A stretch of DNA of 36,839 bases from positions 1-36,839 of IMG/VR virus record IMGVR_UViG_3300032247_001862, one strand, 5' to 3'. The notes beneath the pieces are model-generated. The model saw only the letters and a list, made by a program, of their open reading frames with translations. It did no database searches and was not told where the DNA came from. Of this stretch, positions 34,179 to 36,839 are shown one piece after another. The DNA comes from a virus. Its lineage: Duplodnaviria > Caudoviricetes. Each line of letters begins with the position of its first letter. Position 1 is the stretch's first letter. The translations under genes were made by a program, and so were the position numbers.

Positions 34179-35257
34179 TTTTTAAATCTTTCTATCACTG
34201 ATACTTGTTGATCTATATAGTTGCTGTCAGACCAGTTATAGTCGTATACAGCACCGGCACGGCTGGTCTGGATACTGCCGACATTTAAATGCTGACCCAA
34301 TTGCGACCAAATTTTTTCATAGTTGTCTGTGCCAAAGCTACGAATCAAATCCACTTGCCCTACCTGTGGGTGTCCAATGGTCAAACTTTTGTCGTCGGGG
34401 TCAAATTTGTTGTCAATCAACCACTGTCTGAATCCGTCTAGCTCTTTTTTCATCCAAGGATAATTTCCAGGATTGTTGGCCCACTCGATGTCAAAGTCAC
34501 CTGCGGCTTCAGTTTGACTACGCAGACTGGTGGTGGTCAATTCGTCAATTCTACTATCCCGGCCTTCGTCGTGATAAACTTCCCAGTGGTGTTTGCCAAC
34601 AGCTTTGTTTACACCAACAAACACACCGCCCAAGGGTCGAGCAATTGTTTCTATTCCAAACAGTTCATAGTCTTGTTCATCCAACACAAAACGTGGCGCA
34701 TGTAGCCAGCACATCAGCTGACTGGGTCGGCGCCACATGGGTGCGTGAACTGCTTTACGCATGCTCAACACTAGACTTTCGTACTCGTGACACAGCAGGT
34801 TCAGCTGACGAATGTGCCAGCGTGTGACCGGATCTGCTTGTTCAAAGTACGGACTCATGGCGCCTGATACTCCTTGTAGGTCTTCAAAGTATCTGTGCAA
34901 CCAATTCAGTTTGTCATGTACCAATTTGCCGCCATCGGTTTTTTCTTCGATGGGTCCGGGCACAATGGTATTTTCAGGACTAAAGAAGTCGTCAATTTTG
35001 TAAGTCAAGGACGACTGATTGATGGCCTGTATACTGGCATTGATCTGATCGCATATATACTGTGCATTTCTTTTGCTTTCGACAAAACCAAAGAAACAGT
35101 AGTTCTTTTCTAAATGATAATTTTCTAGAATCAAGGTGTTGAGACTGTCTAACCATTTACGACTCAGGCTGTTGTCAAACACATCGACGTACACTGGCAA
35201 TATGCTACCAGTGTCATCATCTTTTAAATTTATTAAAACTTCGTCAAGCAATTTCAT
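34175..35257 (-). CDS. hypothetical phage protein
   Basis: Likely start MKLLDEV at 35257; LNWLHRYFE, LNLLCHEYE and VGKH motifs. Confidence 0.75.
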   Translation of the reverse strand: MKLLDEVLINLKDDDTGSILPVYVDVFDNSLSRKWLDSLNTLILENYHLEKNYCFFGFVESKRNAQYICDQINASIQAINQSSLTYKIDDFFSPENTIVPGPIEEKTDGGKLVHDKLNWLHRYFEDLQGVSGAMSPYFEQADPVTRWHIRQLNLLCHEYESLVLSMRKAVHAPMWRRPSQLMCWLHAPRFVLDEQDYELFGIETIARPLGGVFVGVNKAVGKHHWEVYHDEGRDSRIDELTTTSLRSQTEAAGDFDIEWANNPGNYPWMKKELDGFRQWLIDNKFDPDDKSLTIGHPQVGQVDLIRSFGTDNYEKIWSQLGQHLNVGSIQTSRAGAVYDYNWSDSNYIDQQVSVIERFKK

Positions 35258-36536
35258 TCCACCATTTGAGTGCTGTCGGGCGCTCGCCGAGAATGTCCGA
35301 CATTGTATATGTATCTTGTCTAATCTGTTCAAGTCTTAAAATTCGTGCTTTGCCTTTGCGTAGGCCTGCTTCATACTCGTTGGGCCATTGTTCAGCAAAG
35401 GTGGGTCTAGTTTTAAGCTGTACCAAAATGTCATGTAGAGCTCCTTTATCAATGGAGTGCAAGATTTCGTCTACCCAGGGATGTAATATTTCTCTGGGTA
35501 GGGCCAGCGGTGACATAATGATATCCGGGCTAAACGAGAACACCACCTTGGCTAAAACTTCTACTCCAAGTTCTTGCGCGAGCGTGTGTATCTTTTGAAC
35601 TTCAAAGAGTCCTGGTGTAGTAAGAGTGAAGTCCATACGGACCTGGCGGCTGTGACGTTGAATCTCAACTCCTTGACGGAAGTTTTCAAGCCACTGATCA
35701 AAATCAAGACCTGATCGAATGTACTCTCCAATTCGGCCCGTGCCGTCGATGCTTGCACATATTTGCCAGTCACGAAGCCCAGCCAGAATATCACGATACA
35801 GATTAATACCACGATAATCAACCCTGCTAAGATTAGTATTGTATCTTGCGTAAACACGAGGTCCGTCTCCTAATTCTATAATGCGCTTCATATAGCGCCA
35901 GTGTTGTTCGTACATCAAGGGCTCCCCGCCTACCCAATATACTTCTTCAACCCTATGCTCTTCGACGGCTTGACTAAATTCTGCCTCAATCTGTTGGTCT
36001 TGGAACTGCTCAATTTGCTTCTTGACTTCGGGTACCATCCAGGTATTCTTTGGATTTGACCAATCGATCATATCAAATTGACGCTGTTCGCTTTCCCAGG
36101 CACTGCTCAACATATCACCGCACATACGGCATTTGAAATTACATAGGTTACTGAACCTGTAATCCCAACTGACCGGTTGCATTGATGTGAACCCAGTGGC
36201 ATCAGTCTGGCTCATCGCGTCTAAGTACTTATGCCCAAACAGGCTGTTGAAATAGCTACGGTAAACATCAGTGTTGAGCAGTCGATCGTTACATACTTCA
36301 CACTCGGGCAAGGTTTCGCCAGCCATCATGCGCCTGCGAACACTTTGCATGTGTTCACTGTTCCAATGTTGTTCTAAAGTGACAGGTATATACCGGCCAG
36401 TACCGGCCTCAGTGTCAATATATTGCTGGAAATTCTGTGCAGGCTCTCGACTGGCGCAACACATTCTGCGCTCAGTTTGCGGACTCAAATAGGTATGTGT
36501 CCAAGGTGCCATGCACAAGGTGTCAGGCTTGTTCAA
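35244..36536 (-). CDS. radical SAM protein with N-terminal Cys-rich (twitch/SPASM-like) region
   Basis: CMAPW, CC, CEVC; NLCNFKCRMC; GGEP; NTN; SIDG; YIR. Confidence 0.9.
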   Translation of the reverse strand: MNKPDTLCMAPWTHTYLSPQTERRMCCASREPAQNFQQYIDTEAGTGRYIPVTLEQHWNSEHMQSVRRRMMAGETLPECEVCNDRLLNTDVYRSYFNSLFGHKYLDAMSQTDATGFTSMQPVSWDYRFSNLCNFKCRMCGDMLSSAWESEQRQFDMIDWSNPKNTWMVPEVKKQIEQFQDQQIEAEFSQAVEEHRVEEVYWVGGEPLMYEQHWRYMKRIIELGDGPRVYARYNTNLSRVDYRGINLYRDILAGLRDWQICASIDGTGRIGEYIRSGLDFDQWLENFRQGVEIQRHSRQVRMDFTLTTPGLFEVQKIHTLAQELGVEVLAKVVFSFSPDIIMSPLALPREILHPWVDEILHSIDKGALHDILVQLKTRPTFAEQWPNEYEAGLRKGKARILRLEQIRQDTYTMSDILGERPTALKWWNEIA

Positions 36537-36839
36537 AATAAGGTTTCCATTCTGGTACTACTTCAACCAAAGGCTTTTTGGCAGCAAGATCTTCTACTCG
36601 CATGCGTCTGATAAATTCAGTCATTACCTCTGGTTTGTGTTCAGTATTACGCAACACTCCCAACACATTGTCATACAGTTCTCGATACACAGGACGACTC
36701 ACTGTGGCTTGTTTTTCTGTCAGTCTGGTAATCAGTGGCTGTTTGATTTCATCCGGGATGGCTTCTACTGTCAAAAACAATTCTCTAAATACTGGACTGA
36801 TACAAATCTTGTCAATGCTGTTGGCTTCAAACCAATCAA
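36523..36839 (-). CDS. C-terminus of a gene starting beyond the window
   Basis: Frame is open to the window edge (DWFEANSIDK...PEWKPYFEQA); tail style resembles the adjacent radical SAM protein. Confidence 0.6.
   Translation of the reverse strand, partial: DWFEANSIDKICISPVFRELFLTVEAIPDEIKQPLITRLTEKQATVSRPVYRELYDNVLGVLRNTEHKPEVMTEFIRRMRVEDLAAKKPLVEVVPEWKPYFEQA

Noticed and set aside
1-36839. Stop-codon reassignment
   Set aside because: Conserved enzymes are full length in code 11, and TAA, TAG and TGA all end genes at tight junctions.

Overview
Gene-dense segment of what looks like a large dsDNA tailed phage (T4-like or jumbo type), read in standard code 11. No tRNA, rRNA, CRISPR array, integrase or transposase was seen. 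The left ~21.8 kb is mostly + strand. It carries an RNase H-like 5'-3' exonuclease, many hypotheticals, a ParB-like plus GIY-YIG-like gene pair, an AAA ATPase, a MoxR-type ATPase with WGR, metallopeptidase-VWA and M50-like genes, and then DHFR, thymidylate synthase, an NDP-sugar epimerase and a DegT aminotransferase. This arm has seven sigma70-type promoters and several TAAATA late-type boxes. The right ~15 kb is mostly - strand and forms a glycan or surface modification island. It holds a 2109-aa protein with 22 tandem ~65-aa repeats and GT-A-like domains, a GT10-like protein, DUF2061, an APS kinase fused to an HxGH nucleotidyltransferase, a frameshifted O-carbamoyltransferase, SGNH-like paralogs and radical SAM enzymes. 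The most notable signals are the sulfation, carbamoylation and acylation toolkit with its giant repeat protein, an 18-bp operator-like palindrome also written into a coding sequence, two divergent genes sharing one CATG, and a late-promoter hairpin that hides a ribosome-binding site. All family calls come from motif recognition by eye; no searches were run.
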